A DNA stretch of 64,000 nucleotides. Source: Candidatus Hadarchaeota archaeon (GTDB lineage: Archaea; Hadarchaeota; Hadarchaeia; Hadarchaeales; JAWBSP01). Location of the stretch: positions 64,001-128,000 of the forward strand of contig CAYYWO010000003.1 in NCBI GenBank assembly GCA_964474885.1, given 5' to 3'. Position numbers and translations under genes: made by a program. The first letter of the stretch is position 1; each line of letters opens with the position of its first letter. The notes under the pieces are model-generated. The model was not told the origin of the DNA and made no database searches. It worked only from the letters and a program-made list of their open reading frames with translations. Below are positions 48,311-60,372 of this stretch, piece by piece.

Positions 48311-49483
48311 TCAGAGGACCTCCTTCCTGAGCCCTAGCCATTTCACAGGGGTCTCTATCTTCCTCCTAGCGACGCACTTTTTGATCGTTTCGATTGTTTC
48401 CTCCACATGGTCGAGCTTCACGTCCCTCCCCCCCAAACCGCAGATGAAGTCCATCACCAGGGGACGTCGGTCAGAGTTTTGGATGGCAGTTGTTACGTCA
48501 GCGTACAGCGCACCAGTTGCGCCCAAGGAGATGTCCTTCTCCATCACCGCGATTCCTTCAGCACTCTCCAGCGAACCTAGGATCTCTCGGTGGGGGAATG
48601 GTCGGTAGCACCTAACCTTAATCATTCCTACTTTGTCACCCCGCTCTCTTCTTTTGTCTATTACTTCTTTAACGGTCCCGCTGAGCGAGCCCATTGTTAT
48701 CACCACGACTTCAGCGTCGTCGCACCGATAATTTTCGATCAATCCATACCCGCGACCGAATCTCCGTTCAAAGTCTCGGTCGACTTCGATGACTTTTTCT
48801 TTTGCCTCCCTCACAGCCTCGTGGAGCGCGTATCTGAACTCCTGATAATACTCCGGTACTCCTACGGGCCCCATGGTCACCGGGTTCTCAGGATCAAGTT
48901 TGTAAGGCGGCTGATAGGGCGGAAGGAATTCGTCAACCGAGCTCTGGTCTGGGACATCAACCACTTCCGCTGTGTGTGAAAGGATGTATCCATCATAGCA
49001 GACCATGACGGGCAGGTGCACGCTTTCGCCAATCTTATACGCCTGAATGATGGAATCTAGTATCTCTTGGTTGTTCTCGCAGTAAAGCTGGATCCAGCCG
49101 CAATCGCGGACTGAGATGGAATCCTGCTGGTCGCACCATATGCTGATGGGGGCAGAGAGGGATCGGTTGACGTTTGCCATCACGATAGGCAGCCGCAGCC
49201 CGGCGGCTATGTACAGTATTTCGCTCATGAGCGCCAAACCTTGGGAAGAAGTGGCAGTAAAGGCCCTAGCCCCTGCGGCAGCCGCACCCACACAGACGCT
49301 CAGGGCACTGTGCTCGGACTCCACTTCGACGAATTCGGCATCCAGCTCACCATTGGCGACAAACTCAGCTAATTTTTCCACCGAGACCGTCTGGGGGGTT
49401 ATGGGATAAGCAGAAATCACTTGTGCCCTGGCCAGTTTCGCCCCGAAGGCGGCAGCTTCGTTTCCCGTTAAGACGAGCTTCAT
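48311..49483 (-). CDS. porA: Pyruvate/2-ketoacid:ferredoxin oxidoreductase alpha subunit
   Basis: YPITPQT, ESEHSA, ATSSQGL and GLGGRD. Confidence 0.93.
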   Translation of the reverse strand: MKLVLTGNEAAAFGAKLARAQVISAYPITPQTVSVEKLAEFVANGELDAEFVEVESEHSALSVCVGAAAAGARAFTATSSQGLALMSEILYIAAGLRLPIVMANVNRSLSAPISIWCDQQDSISVRDCGWIQLYCENNQEILDSIIQAYKIGESVHLPVMVCYDGYILSHTAEVVDVPDQSSVDEFLPPYQPPYKLDPENPVTMGPVGVPEYYQEFRYALHEAVREAKEKVIEVDRDFERRFGRGYGLIENYRCDDAEVVVITMGSLSGTVKEVIDKRRERGDKVGMIKVRCYRPFPHREILGSLESAEGIAVMEKDISLGATGALYADVTTAIQNSDRRPLVMDFICGLGGRDVKLDHVEETIETIKKCVARRKIETPVKWLGLRKEVL

Positions 49484-49752
49484 TTGGTCTCCTCCATTTC
49501 CATTCGTATGGCTTTTCTAGGACACTCAGTGCTGCAAATACCACAGCCCTTGCAGTAGCGGTAGTCTATCTCGATGGGCTTTCCTTTCTTTATCGCACCA
49601 TCGGGGCAGTACAACCAGCAGAGACCGCATCCTACGCATTTCTCCGCATCGACAACGGGTTTGAGGGTTCTCCAGCCCCCAGTCTCATATTCGACGGTGC
49701 TCCCAGGCTTTGTGATCACAGCTCCCAGCGTTATTTTTTCAGCTCCTTTCAT
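49480..49752 (-). CDS. porD: Oxidoreductase delta subunit (2x[4Fe-4S])
   Basis: TGGWR, CVGCGLC..CP and CKGCGIC..CP. Confidence 0.93.
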   Translation of the reverse strand: MKGAEKITLGAVITKPGSTVEYETGGWRTLKPVVDAEKCVGCGLCWLYCPDGAIKKGKPIEIDYRYCKGCGICSTECPRKAIRMEMEETK

Positions 49753-50269
49753 AAGCCTCCCTCACAGCTTGCAGGTTCTTCTGAATCAGCTGCTCTTTTC
49801 CCACAAAATGGGAACGTATGGCCTCCATCACTGAATCAAGGGTTACAAGTTTGGTCGCCTTGGCAAGCACGCCCAAGATGGCTGTATTGGTGATGGGGGC
49901 GCCCAGCCACTTCAGCGCAATCGATGTCACGTCGAAATGAACCACTTTACCACACCATTTCAGTTTCGGCATTTTATCTGAATTGATTATTAGCATACCC
50001 TCCTTTTTCAGACCAGCAGTAACGTTAACTGTTTCAAGCAAGGTAGAGTCCAAAACCACCACGTAATCTGGAGTGTATATTTGGGATCTCAACCTGATGG
50101 GGGAATCCGAAATCCTGGTGTAGGACGTGACAGGTGCCCCCCTTCTTTCAGCTCCAAAGAATGGGAATGCTTGACAATACTTTCCTTCCAAATGAGCAGC
50201 TTTGGCGAGCAATTGGGCGGCAGTAACAGCTCCTTGACCTCCCCTACCATGCCAACGGACTTCAATCAT
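49739..50269 (-). CDS. porG: Oxidoreductase gamma subunit
   Basis: HGRGGQG and [10 protein letters not shown]. Confidence 0.93.
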   Translation of the reverse strand: MIEVRWHGRGGQGAVTAAQLLAKAAHLEGKYCQAFPFFGAERRGAPVTSYTRISDSPIRLRSQIYTPDYVVVLDSTLLETVNVTAGLKKEGMLIINSDKMPKLKWCGKVVHFDVTSIALKWLGAPITNTAILGVLAKATKLVTLDSVMEAIRSHFVGKEQLIQKNLQAVREAYERS

Positions 50270-50303
50270 AGGCAAAAAACTTCTACCTCAGCCTTAAATC
50301 ATT

Positions 50304-52524
<2,221 letters not shown>

Positions 52525-52575
52525 TCCTTTGGTTTTCAACAGTTTTAGAAGTCTAGGTTAAGAATAAAGATTTGT

Positions 52576-52649
52576 GCGGCCGTAGTCTAGCCAGGTTAGG
52601 ACTCAGGCTCCCCGGGCCTGATGCGCGGGTTCAAATCCCGCCGGCCGCA
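52576..52649 (+). tRNA. tRNA-Gly(CCC) with atypical anticodon loop
   Basis: GCGGCCG/CGGCCGC acceptor with A73, CAGGC/GCCTG stem, loop TCCCCGG and GGTTCAAATCC T-arm. Confidence 0.85.
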
Positions 52650-52677
52650 TAGTTTTTGAGAAGTAGAAGATGAGTAG

Positions 52678-53433
52678 ATGGAGCTTAGGACAACGTCCAC
52701 CATCATCGATCGGGCTCTTTATAGGTTCAGGGAAGGTTTGGAAGCGGATGTGATTATTGCAGGGGCTGGCCCCTCCGGGATGGTAGCTGCCAGGCAACTA
52801 GCGAGGAAGAATCTGAGGGTCGTGATCTTTGAGAGAAACCTTTACACGGGAGGGGGACTTTGGGGGGGCGGAATGTTCCTCCCTTGTGCGATCGTGGAGA
52901 AAGAAGCCAGCTCAATTTTGACCGAGTGTGGGGTCAGGTTGAAAGAGGCTGAGGAAGAATTTCTCAGCTTCGATCCTGTGGAGGCGGCGTGCAAGCTTAC
53001 AGCCTCTGCCATCGATGCGGGTGCACGTATCTTTGTTGGAATAGCTGTAGAGGACCTGATAGTGAAAGATGGCAGAGTACAGGGTGTGGTTGTGAACTGG
53101 ACGGCTATTGAGAGGGCTGGGATGCATGTCGATCCACTTGGCATCCCAGCTAAAGTAGTGGTGGACGCAACCGGACATGATGCAAACCTCGTCAGAATCT
53201 TGAAGCATAAGCTCAGGAAAGATTGGGATATCGGAGAAGGGCCGATGTGGGCGGAGGCAGCCGAGAGGGACATCATCAACAGAACTGGCGAATTTTTCCC
53301 AGGGCTTTTTGTCACAGGAATGGCGGTTGCGTCCGCCTACAGATTGCCCCGCATGGGACCCATCTTCGGTGGTATGCTTTTGTCAGGGGTAAGGGTAGCG
53401 GATCAGATAGCTTCTCACTTGAGCAGAAGGTAA
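52678..53433 (+). CDS. thi4: Thiazole synthase Thi4, non-Cys (sulfide-dependent) type
   Basis: GAGPSG, GGG.WGGG, GMHVDP, DATGH and RMGPIFGGMLLSG. Confidence 0.93.
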   Translation: MELRTTSTIIDRALYRFREGLEADVIIAGAGPSGMVAARQLARKNLRVVIFERNLYTGGGLWGGGMFLPCAIVEKEASSILTECGVRLKEAEEEFLSFDPVEAACKLTASAIDAGARIFVGIAVEDLIVKDGRVQGVVVNWTAIERAGMHVDPLGIPAKVVVDATGHDANLVRILKHKLRKDWDIGEGPMWAEAAERDIINRTGEFFPGLFVTGMAVASAYRLPRMGPIFGGMLLSGVRVADQIASHLSRR

Positions 53434-53744
53434 CTGAAAAGGGAGACAGTTATGTAGACAAGGATTCCAAGGAGTATCGAGATCAGTCCGATTCTCTCGG
53501 TGGCGTAGTAAACAACGGACAGGTATAGAAGCCAAGCGGGTAGCACGAAGAAAAGCCCTAAGATGTAATCACGAACAGGCTGTATCCCCCCTTCAATGTA
53601 GACGGTGACGAAAGTCATGACGGTCATAGCAGGAAACATGGCGACGAAAGCTGCTACCCACCCCCTTCCCTGCGAGCCCAAATAGGTCACCAAGGCTATC
53701 ACTGTCCCCCCTACCACAAAATAAAGCAGGTATCTTTCGAGCAT
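53415..53744 (-). CDS. Small 4-TM membrane protein (DUF3147-like)
   Basis: Four hydrophobic helices with F..GG and A.FP pattern. Confidence 0.7.
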   Translation of the reverse strand: MLERYLLYFVVGGTVIALVTYLGSQGRGWVAAFVAMFPAMTVMTFVTVYIEGGIQPVRDYILGLFFVLPAWLLYLSVVYYATERIGLISILLGILVYITVSLFSYLLLK

Positions 53745-53806
53745 TCTAATCCAATTTCCTCATGCAGCAATTTTTAGCACCATAGTAGCTGTAACTTCAT
53801 TTTTTG

Positions 53807-54730
53807 ATGCCAGCCAACCTCCCGCCTGAGTACCTCAAGGTTGAGGAGGAGTACAGGCGAGCTAGGACTCTCGAAGAGAAACTGAGGCTGACGGAGGAGT
53901 TGATCAGGCTGGCGCCGAAACACAAGGGAACCGAAAAGCTTCTGAAGATGCTCAAGCAAAGGGTGAAGAAGCTCCGCCAAGAGATGGAAAGTAAAAAATT
54001 GAAGAAAACGGGGGCAGCGATATCTTTCGCCATCAGGAAAGAGGGTGCGGGTCAAGTAGTTTTGCTTGGACTGCCCAATTCGGGAAAATCCACTCTACTG
54101 GCCCGTCTCACCTCAGCGAAACCAAAAATAGAGGAGCACCCCTTTACTACGGTTAGACCCATCCCCGGAATGATGAACTACGAAGATGTACGGATCCAAC
54201 TGGTCGAGGCTCCTGCGATCATTGAGGGCTCAGCAGAGGGGAAGGGTTTTGGTTTGGCCCCGTTGAGCCTTGCTAGGACAGCAGATGCCGTGCTATTGGT
54301 TGTGGAGGCACCCGATGCTTCAAGGCAGCTTTCGGTTTTGCTTGGCGAGTTGAAGAAGGCCGGAGTAGATTTGGATCTGGAGCGTACGGCAGTCGTATTA
54401 ACAAAGTGCGGCAATTTCCCAGCGGAAAGCTCATTCTCAGATTTCAAAGTGTTTCGGTGGGATGATCCGTCTCTTCCTAAGCACATCTTTCAGCTTCTAA
54501 ATGTGATCAGGGTTTACACGAAGAAACCGGGGGAGAGTCCAGTCGATAAGCCTATGATACTCCCAAAGGGCTCAACGGTTTTGGACGCCGCCGAGAGGAT
54601 ACATAGGGAGTTCGCGGAAAAACTCTCATTTGCGAGAGTTTGGGGATCCTCCCGTTTTCCGGGTCAAAGAGTCTCAAAAGATTACGTGCTGGCGGATGGA
54701 GATATCGTAGAGTTCCACTTGAAAGGTTAA
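53807..54730 (+). CDS. DRG/OBG-family GTP-binding protein with TGS domain
   Basis: MPANLP, PKHKGT, GLPNSGKS, PFTT, and TGS motifs IRVYTK and DGDIVE. Confidence 0.9.
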   Translation: MPANLPPEYLKVEEEYRRARTLEEKLRLTEELIRLAPKHKGTEKLLKMLKQRVKKLRQEMESKKLKKTGAAISFAIRKEGAGQVVLLGLPNSGKSTLLARLTSAKPKIEEHPFTTVRPIPGMMNYEDVRIQLVEAPAIIEGSAEGKGFGLAPLSLARTADAVLLVVEAPDASRQLSVLLGELKKAGVDLDLERTAVVLTKCGNFPAESSFSDFKVFRWDDPSLPKHIFQLLNVIRVYTKKPGESPVDKPMILPKGSTVLDAAERIHREFAEKLSFARVWGSSRFPGQRVSKDYVLADGDIVEFHLKG

Positions 54731-54753
54731 TTAGCTGGTCGAGTTTTATTTTT

Positions 54754-55302
54754 ATGCCGCTTCGACCAGGAAAGTGCTACAGGCACTTCAGCGGTCCCCC
54801 CTACACGAGAAAAGAGTTCATCAAGGACTTTCCACCCATGAGAATCCAGCTATTTGACATGGGAAATCCCTCAGGGGATTTTCCGCTGGAACTCACTTTA
54901 AGGGTTCTGGGCACTGGTCAAATCAGACACAACGCTCTAGAGGCGGGGAGGATGGCAGCCAACAGATACTTGGAAAAAATCGTTGGGAAGAGTAACTATC
55001 ACTTCAAGATTAGAGTGTACCCACATCACATTCTGAGAGAACATTTGCTGGCTGTAGGAGCAGGAGCGGATCGGGTTTCCCAAGGTATGAGACAGGCCTT
55101 TGGGAGGGCATGTGGAACCGCAGCTAGGGTTGAGAGTGGTCAGCCCATCGCTACGATTCGAACAAAGGAAGAATTCGCGGAGGCGGCAAAGGAGGCACTA
55201 AGAAGAATGGCCCATAAGCTACCTTTCAAGTGCAGAGTTGAAGTTAAAACTAAAGCAAGTGGGCCAGAATCTGGTAAAGAACCCTCGCAGCAGCAAAACT
55301 AG
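54754..55302 (+). CDS. rpl10e: 50S ribosomal protein uL16 (L10e)
   Basis: RPGKCYR, QIRHNALE, YPHHILRE and GADRVSQGMR. Confidence 0.96.
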   Translation: MPLRPGKCYRHFSGPPYTRKEFIKDFPPMRIQLFDMGNPSGDFPLELTLRVLGTGQIRHNALEAGRMAANRYLEKIVGKSNYHFKIRVYPHHILREHLLAVGAGADRVSQGMRQAFGRACGTAARVESGQPIATIRTKEEFAEAAKEALRRMAHKLPFKCRVEVKTKASGPESGKEPSQQQN

Positions 55303-56095
55303 CACAGCCGTTGTCGAAAGGGGGACAAACCTCTACTAGGTCCACTCCACACAGACTCAGGGGACCTAAATGTCGAATGAGTTCCAAGAGCTGTGAAGTT
55401 GAAATCCCTCCGGGTTCGGGGCAACTGACACCGGGCGCGTATGCTGGATCTAGCACATCCATGTCGATTGTCAGGTAAACCTTTTTCGCCTCGGCAACTC
55501 CTTTGATTTTTCCTGCAAGTTCTTTTGGATTCGAAAAATCGCTCAATATTTCTATCTGTTGGTGCTTGATAAATTCTGCCTCCTCCACAGAATACGAGCG
55601 CGTTCCAACGAAGATCACGTGATCCCCCCCCATCTCCTCCACCAGTTGTCTGGCGACAGTAGCGTGGCAAAGTCTTTGGCCAATCCACTCGGACCTGAGG
55701 TCGGCGTGAGCGTCAATGTAGATGATGTTCTCAGGTTTTAGCGCCTTGCAGGCGAAGTACGTCAGCGTGTGCTCGCCCCCCAAAATTACAGGTGTCTTCC
55801 CTTCCCTTGAGACACGATTAACCGCATCTTGGATTACCTTTCCAGCCTCTTCAAGCTCACTTGGGAGGAAGAGGTCACCCATGTCGTGTATTTTTAGCGA
55901 CTCGAAAAGGTCCTTTCCGGCACTTGGGACATAGGTTTCTAAGTTAAAGGAGGCTTCTCGTATCTTTTGGGGAGCGAATCGACATCCGGTTCGGTAGGTG
56001 GAAGTGAGGTCAAGGGGAATACCTAGGATTACAATATCTGACGATTGATAGTCGGTCTCAAAACCCCCAAAGGGAGGCTTGATCGGGATCCACAT
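55250..56095 (-). CDS. speB: Agmatinase (ureohydrolase)
   Basis: GGEH, DAHAD, DMDVLDP..APG and PEPGG. Confidence 0.92.
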   Translation of the reverse strand: MWIPIKPPFGGFETDYQSSDIVILGIPLDLTSTYRTGCRFAPQKIREASFNLETYVPSAGKDLFESLKIHDMGDLFLPSELEEAGKVIQDAVNRVSREGKTPVILGGEHTLTYFACKALKPENIIYIDAHADLRSEWIGQRLCHATVARQLVEEMGGDHVIFVGTRSYSVEEAEFIKHQQIEILSDFSNPKELAGKIKGVAEAKKVYLTIDMDVLDPAYAPGVSCPEPGGISTSQLLELIRHLGPLSLCGVDLVEVCPPFDNGCASFAAARVLYQILAHLL

Positions 56096-56104
56096 CTTCC
56101 CTCT

Positions 56105-56614
56105 CTAGGTCAGAACTTTTAGTCCAGTCACCGCACCCAAGGTTATCAATCCTGCGGCGTACACTCCGAGTGCGATGGCAGCAGCTGATTTTTTCCTGTC
56201 CAGATCCAGCAAATAAGCGATGAGCGTGCCAGTATAAGCCCCAGTGACGGGCAGAGGTACAGCAATAAAGGCTACTAAGGCAGGAAACGTCCAATTTCTT
56301 TTGCTAGCCTTTTGCGAGGCATAGTCCACCAGTTTTCCGATGAACTCTATCTTCCCTCGCAGAGGAGGGAAGAGCAGATCCATAAAACCATAAACGGCGG
56401 GAATCACGAGCAGATTAAGACTCGTGCACAGTAGGTATGCCCGAAAAGGGGAGTACCCTCCCAACTCGATCGAGAGGGGTATTGCATACCTTGATTCTAT
56501 GAAAGGAGCTAGAGAAAGAAGCGGGAGCGCTATTTCTAAGCCCAACTTGTAGGCAAAGAGAAAAAAGCAACCAGCAATCAGTAGGGCAACCCCTACAAGG
56601 TCAGTCTTGTTCAT
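56105..56614 (-). CDS. Small multidrug-export-like membrane protein (COG2426 type)
   Basis: PFIESRYAIP and F.AVPLP.TGAYTG. Confidence 0.85.
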   Translation of the reverse strand: MNKTDLVGVALLIAGCFFLFAYKLGLEIALPLLSLAPFIESRYAIPLSIELGGYSPFRAYLLCTSLNLLVIPAVYGFMDLLFPPLRGKIEFIGKLVDYASQKASKRNWTFPALVAFIAVPLPVTGAYTGTLIAYLLDLDRKKSAAAIALGVYAAGLITLGAVTGLKVLT

Positions 56615-56773
56615 CACAATTTCTGATGGTCTTCTAAACTGAGCTAAGCAACGAAATGCGGGTAGAGGAATGGGGATAACCGATTCTGGGCTTTTTCGAG
56701 AGGTGCCCAAGATTCCGGGAGATACGATTGAATAGAAATGCCAAATGCCTAAAGGTGGCAGAGCGAAATTTTT

Positions 56774-56848
56774 GGGGCCGTGGGGTAGCCTGGACTAGCC
56801 TACCAGCTTGGGGTGCTGGTGACCTGGGTTCGAATCCCGGCGGCCCCA
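56774..56848 (+). tRNA. tRNA-Pro(GGG)
   Basis: GGGGCCG/CGGCCCC acceptor, CCAGC-TTGGGGT-GCTGG anticodon arm and GGTTCGAATCC. Confidence 0.95.
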
Positions 56849-56908
56849 CCTCAAAAAGTAAAGAAAAAAATATGGATGGTTTGTTTTGAGATCGGTAGGA
56901 CCGGGGGG

Positions 56909-57754
56909 ATGTGGATTTGGTTCGTTGGCATGTTCATACTTTTCTTCCACATTTTTTTGACGCAGTCACGCAAGGAAATCAAGTCTATTGCCCTGGCAGT
57001 TCCGCCCTCCTTCCTTTTGGTTTTACCTTTCTACAGGTTCAACCTTGAAGATTACTTGGCAGATGCACGTTTTTTCGTAGATCTCTGTTTGCAGAATCTG
57101 AATTGGGTAGCCCTTGGTGTTTTCCTTCTCTCCATAGAATTCGCCATCATGTGGATATCCTCCTCAAAGATGGAGAGGGAAGTGTACAGACATTTCGGTC
57201 ATCTAACTGGCATATTGTTGGTTGCATACTTCCTGGCAATAAACGAGGATCTGGCTTACATGGTACTGTGCTTTTACATAGCATGCTTCTGTCTAGGCAC
57301 GTACTTTAGGTATGCCCCCTTCGCTTCCCCCGAGTTCAAAACTTTCCAGAGGTGGGTAAACCAATGGCTGGGTGCAGCTGAACGCACAAAAGCGGAGAAG
57401 AAACTCTTCATGGCTGCTTATTTTGCGATGTCTGGCATGCTAGCATGCCTCCTGTTGTTGGGTCGGGAGATAGCTCTAGCTAGCACTTTAGTGCTAGCTA
57501 CTGGTGATCCTAGTGCCGCTCTCTTTGGAATGAAGTTCGGCAAACATAAGTGGAAACACAATCCTAGGAAAACGCTCGAGGGTTCGTTGGTCATGAGCCT
57601 GGTTGTTTTTGGGGTGCTCTCATTGTTCATTTCACCTCTCAAATCGCTAGTAATCGCAGTATCTATCGCCGTATTCGAGTCTCTTCCTCTTGAGATGAGT
57701 GACAATCTCCTAGTGCCTGTCTTAACAGGTATGCTACTAAAGACCTTTGCGTAG
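56909..57754 (+). CDS. Dolichol/phytol kinase-like membrane protein (CTP-dependent), copy 1
   Basis: R..GH, GDPSAALFG, KTLEGS and DNLLVP. Confidence 0.82.
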   Translation: MWIWFVGMFILFFHIFLTQSRKEIKSIALAVPPSFLLVLPFYRFNLEDYLADARFFVDLCLQNLNWVALGVFLLSIEFAIMWISSSKMEREVYRHFGHLTGILLVAYFLAINEDLAYMVLCFYIACFCLGTYFRYAPFASPEFKTFQRWVNQWLGAAERTKAEKKLFMAAYFAMSGMLACLLLLGREIALASTLVLATGDPSAALFGMKFGKHKWKHNPRKTLEGSLVMSLVVFGVLSLFISPLKSLVIAVSIAVFESLPLEMSDNLLVPVLTGMLLKTFA

Positions 57755-57761
57755 GCATAAA

Positions 57762-58625
57762 ATGCTACCGCTTACCGCCCGCATTGCAGGTCTTGTTCTT
57801 TCATATGGGACATTTTTCATAATTTACTTTCACATTTTGAGATCGAGGTTGTCTAGTCTGCCTTGTCTATTTCTCGCCTTCCCCCTGGCATATCTTTCTA
57901 TTCAACCCCTCAGTAGTGGAATTTTCCACACGGATTTCGTTGATGAACTCGTCCCCCTGTTCCTTAGTCATGAAATTTCTGCAATTCTGAGTTTTCCTTC
58001 CCTCCTAGCTATGCTTGCAGTTGCCAACTTCCTCTCGAAAAGGGTAGAGAGACAGGCATATCGCTCTTTAAGTCACATAGCGGGCGGTTTGTTCATTGTG
58101 TGCTTTCTATTGCTCTTTGGAGTTGAGGTTACAGTCCTTGTACTCGTGGGGTGGCTTGTAGCCTTTATCTTTGCTGAGTCCCTGCGGTGCCTCTCTAGGC
58201 GAGGACTAGGAGATGGACTTATAATCTTCGTGGATCGTCTACTGAGCAAGGCTGCGAGGAACTCCCTTGAGCAGAAGTTCTTCACCCCCTCCTTATTTAC
58301 GATTCTGGCATCTCTCCTCCTTGTTCTTTTCTTTCCCTTGTGCGTTTCGGCTCCTGCGATACTCACTCTTGCGTTGGCGGATCCAGCGGCAGCTCTAGTG
58401 GGTACGCATCTCGGCTTCCGCAAATGGCAGCACAATCCAAAGAAGAGCATCGAAGGTTCTCTAGCCTTCTTCTTCACGGCTTTTGTCGTGTGTTCCTTTT
58501 TTGCAGGGATATGGAAAGCGATACTAATAGCGATAGCTATCGCGATATTTGAATCCCTTGACCTGCAAGTGAGTGACAACCTTGTTATCCCAGTTTTAAC
58601 TGGTATGCTATTGTCCAGTATTTGA
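57762..58625 (+). CDS. Dolichol/phytol kinase-like membrane protein, copy 2
   Basis: R..SH, ADPAAALVG, KSIEGS and DNLVIP. Confidence 0.82.
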   Translation: MLPLTARIAGLVLSYGTFFIIYFHILRSRLSSLPCLFLAFPLAYLSIQPLSSGIFHTDFVDELVPLFLSHEISAILSFPSLLAMLAVANFLSKRVERQAYRSLSHIAGGLFIVCFLLLFGVEVTVLVLVGWLVAFIFAESLRCLSRRGLGDGLIIFVDRLLSKAARNSLEQKFFTPSLFTILASLLLVLFFPLCVSAPAILTLALADPAAALVGTHLGFRKWQHNPKKSIEGSLAFFFTAFVVCSFFAGIWKAILIAIAIAIFESLDLQVSDNLVIPVLTGMLLSSI

Positions 58626-59756
58626 CTCGCAGAGTTCCTTGTAAACTTCAAGCACTTGCTTGGCGGTGTTTTCCCAAGTGAATCGCCTTGCGGTTCTTAT
58701 TCCATTCCTCCAGAGTTTTGTTGCTAGTGATCGATCGTTGATAACCTTCACCATTGCTTCAGCTAGAGATTTAGGATCACCGATGGGAACGAGTATGCCA
58801 TTCTTTTCATCCTCTATGATTCGCTCGGCCCCGCTGGTCCTTGTGGCAATGACGGGTGCTCCGCTAGCCATGGCCTCTAGGATGGCTATACCAAATGCTT
58901 CTACGTATGAGGGAAGTACGAACGCGTCACAGGCCCTCATGTACTTAGCTAAGTTTTCCTGGGGGATTGCTCCAAGTAGCCTTACATTTTCCTGGATTCT
59001 CAGTAGGCGAATTTTTCTTAAGAGTAGAGGAAAATCCTTGCCGGTTCCAGCTACTAAGAGCATAGCTTGGGGCTCCCTCTCCACAACTCTGGCGAAAGCC
59101 TCGATCAGCAGTAATGGCCCTTTTCTTTTTGTAATGCGCATGGCAGCGAAGAAAAAGGGCCTGTCTCCAATGCCTATGCTTTCCCTTATTGAACTCCGTT
59201 CCTCTCTTCTACATGGTCGGAAAAAGTGGATGTCCACTCCATTGGGGATTATTCTGATTTTGTCTTTAGGTATCCCGAAGCTTTGACAAAAATCTCTCGT
59301 TTCGGGGCATACAGCTATTACACGATCCGCTCGCTTCACGCATCTGATCACTGGATGGTGCAGGATCTTCCACCTTCCAACTGCCCCCTCAACGGAGTGA
59401 CATGTGATGACGGACGGGATTCCTAGCTTCCTTGATACACGAAGTGATTGGAGAGCCATCGTCGAATAAATGTCCATTCCGTGAATCACGTCGAAATGGG
59501 TTCGCTTGAAATAGCGGTACATCTCGTAGATAAGCCGCAACGAAAACGCTCTCTTGATGAAAGGTGCGGTGAAGCCGTTGAAGTACTGCACCTTAACCTT
59601 GGGAGGAACCAGATGGGAATGGGGGGCGAGCCTGGCGTGTGTGGCTACAACCACCTTAATCCCCAAACCCGAGAGAGCTTGACTAAGGGAGAACGTGTAG
59701 GTCGGAACCCCACCTATGTCCGGTGGAAATTCGTCTCCGACTAAAGCTACTTTCAG
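58608..59756 (-). CDS. GT4 family glycosyltransferase (probable CTG start)
   Basis: KVALVGDEFPPDIGG N-terminus lies upstream of the ORF-track start; IPNGVD and EAFGIAILEAMASG. Confidence 0.9.
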   Translation of the reverse strand: MKVALVGDEFPPDIGGVPTYTFSLSQALSGLGIKVVVATHARLAPHSHLVPPKVKVQYFNGFTAPFIKRAFSLRLIYEMYRYFKRTHFDVIHGMDIYSTMALQSLRVSRKLGIPSVITCHSVEGAVGRWKILHHPVIRCVKRADRVIAVCPETRDFCQSFGIPKDKIRIIPNGVDIHFFRPCRREERSSIRESIGIGDRPFFFAAMRITKRKGPLLLIEAFARVVEREPQAMLLVAGTGKDFPLLLRKIRLLRIQENVRLLGAIPQENLAKYMRACDAFVLPSYVEAFGIAILEAMASGAPVIATRTSGAERIIEDEKNGILVPIGDPKSLAEAMVKVINDRSLATKLWRNGIRTARRFTWENTAKQVLEVYKELCESNTGQ

Positions 59757-59826
59757 TTAAGTCTCGGTGACTGAGGTAAAAAGAAGCGCTTTGGTCTGGG
59801 GGTTTTCTTCCAGCAGTTAATAGAGA

Positions 59827-60372
59827 ATGAGGGATTTCAGACTCCTCAGGCAAACTATCAGCATACTAGTTCTGTGCATTTTGATCGAGTTTTGTTCAGG
59901 GAGTGTGCTTGAGGGAATAAAAGAGAAGTTCTCCCTTATTCCTGGCTTGCTTCTGATGGTACCTCCTCTCATAGATCTGAGGGGAAATATTGGCTCCGCG
60001 CTTGGATCAAGATTAGGAACTGGCCTCCATCTTGGTCTCATAGCTCCCGAGCTGCGGTTAACGCGGACACTAAAACTGAACATCCTGCTTTCCTTAACCC
60101 TGAGTTGTGTGGCCTCTGCAACCATAGGTATCTTCGCATACGTCTTAGGAGAGATAATGCACTTGGAGGGCGTTTCTGTATTTTCCCTGCTTTTCATCGC
60201 CGTTTTTTCGGGTGCCTTGTCGGGTGTTCTGATAACACTACTGACGATTCTTCTTGCCATAATTTCCTTCAAGAAGAACTGGGATCCTGATATCGTCACT
60301 GGACCGGTGATCACAACTCTGGGTGATATAGTCACCGTTCTGATGATTTGGCTGGCGGTGATACTATGGTAG
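59827..60372 (+). CDS. MgtE/SLC41-type integral membrane domain, half 1
   Basis: P...DLRGNIG..LGSRL and DPD...P..TT.GD. Confidence 0.88.
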   Translation: MRDFRLLRQTISILVLCILIEFCSGSVLEGIKEKFSLIPGLLLMVPPLIDLRGNIGSALGSRLGTGLHLGLIAPELRLTRTLKLNILLSLTLSCVASATIGIFAYVLGEIMHLEGVSVFSLLFIAVFSGALSGVLITLLTILLAIISFKKNWDPDIVTGPVITTLGDIVTVLMIWLAVILW

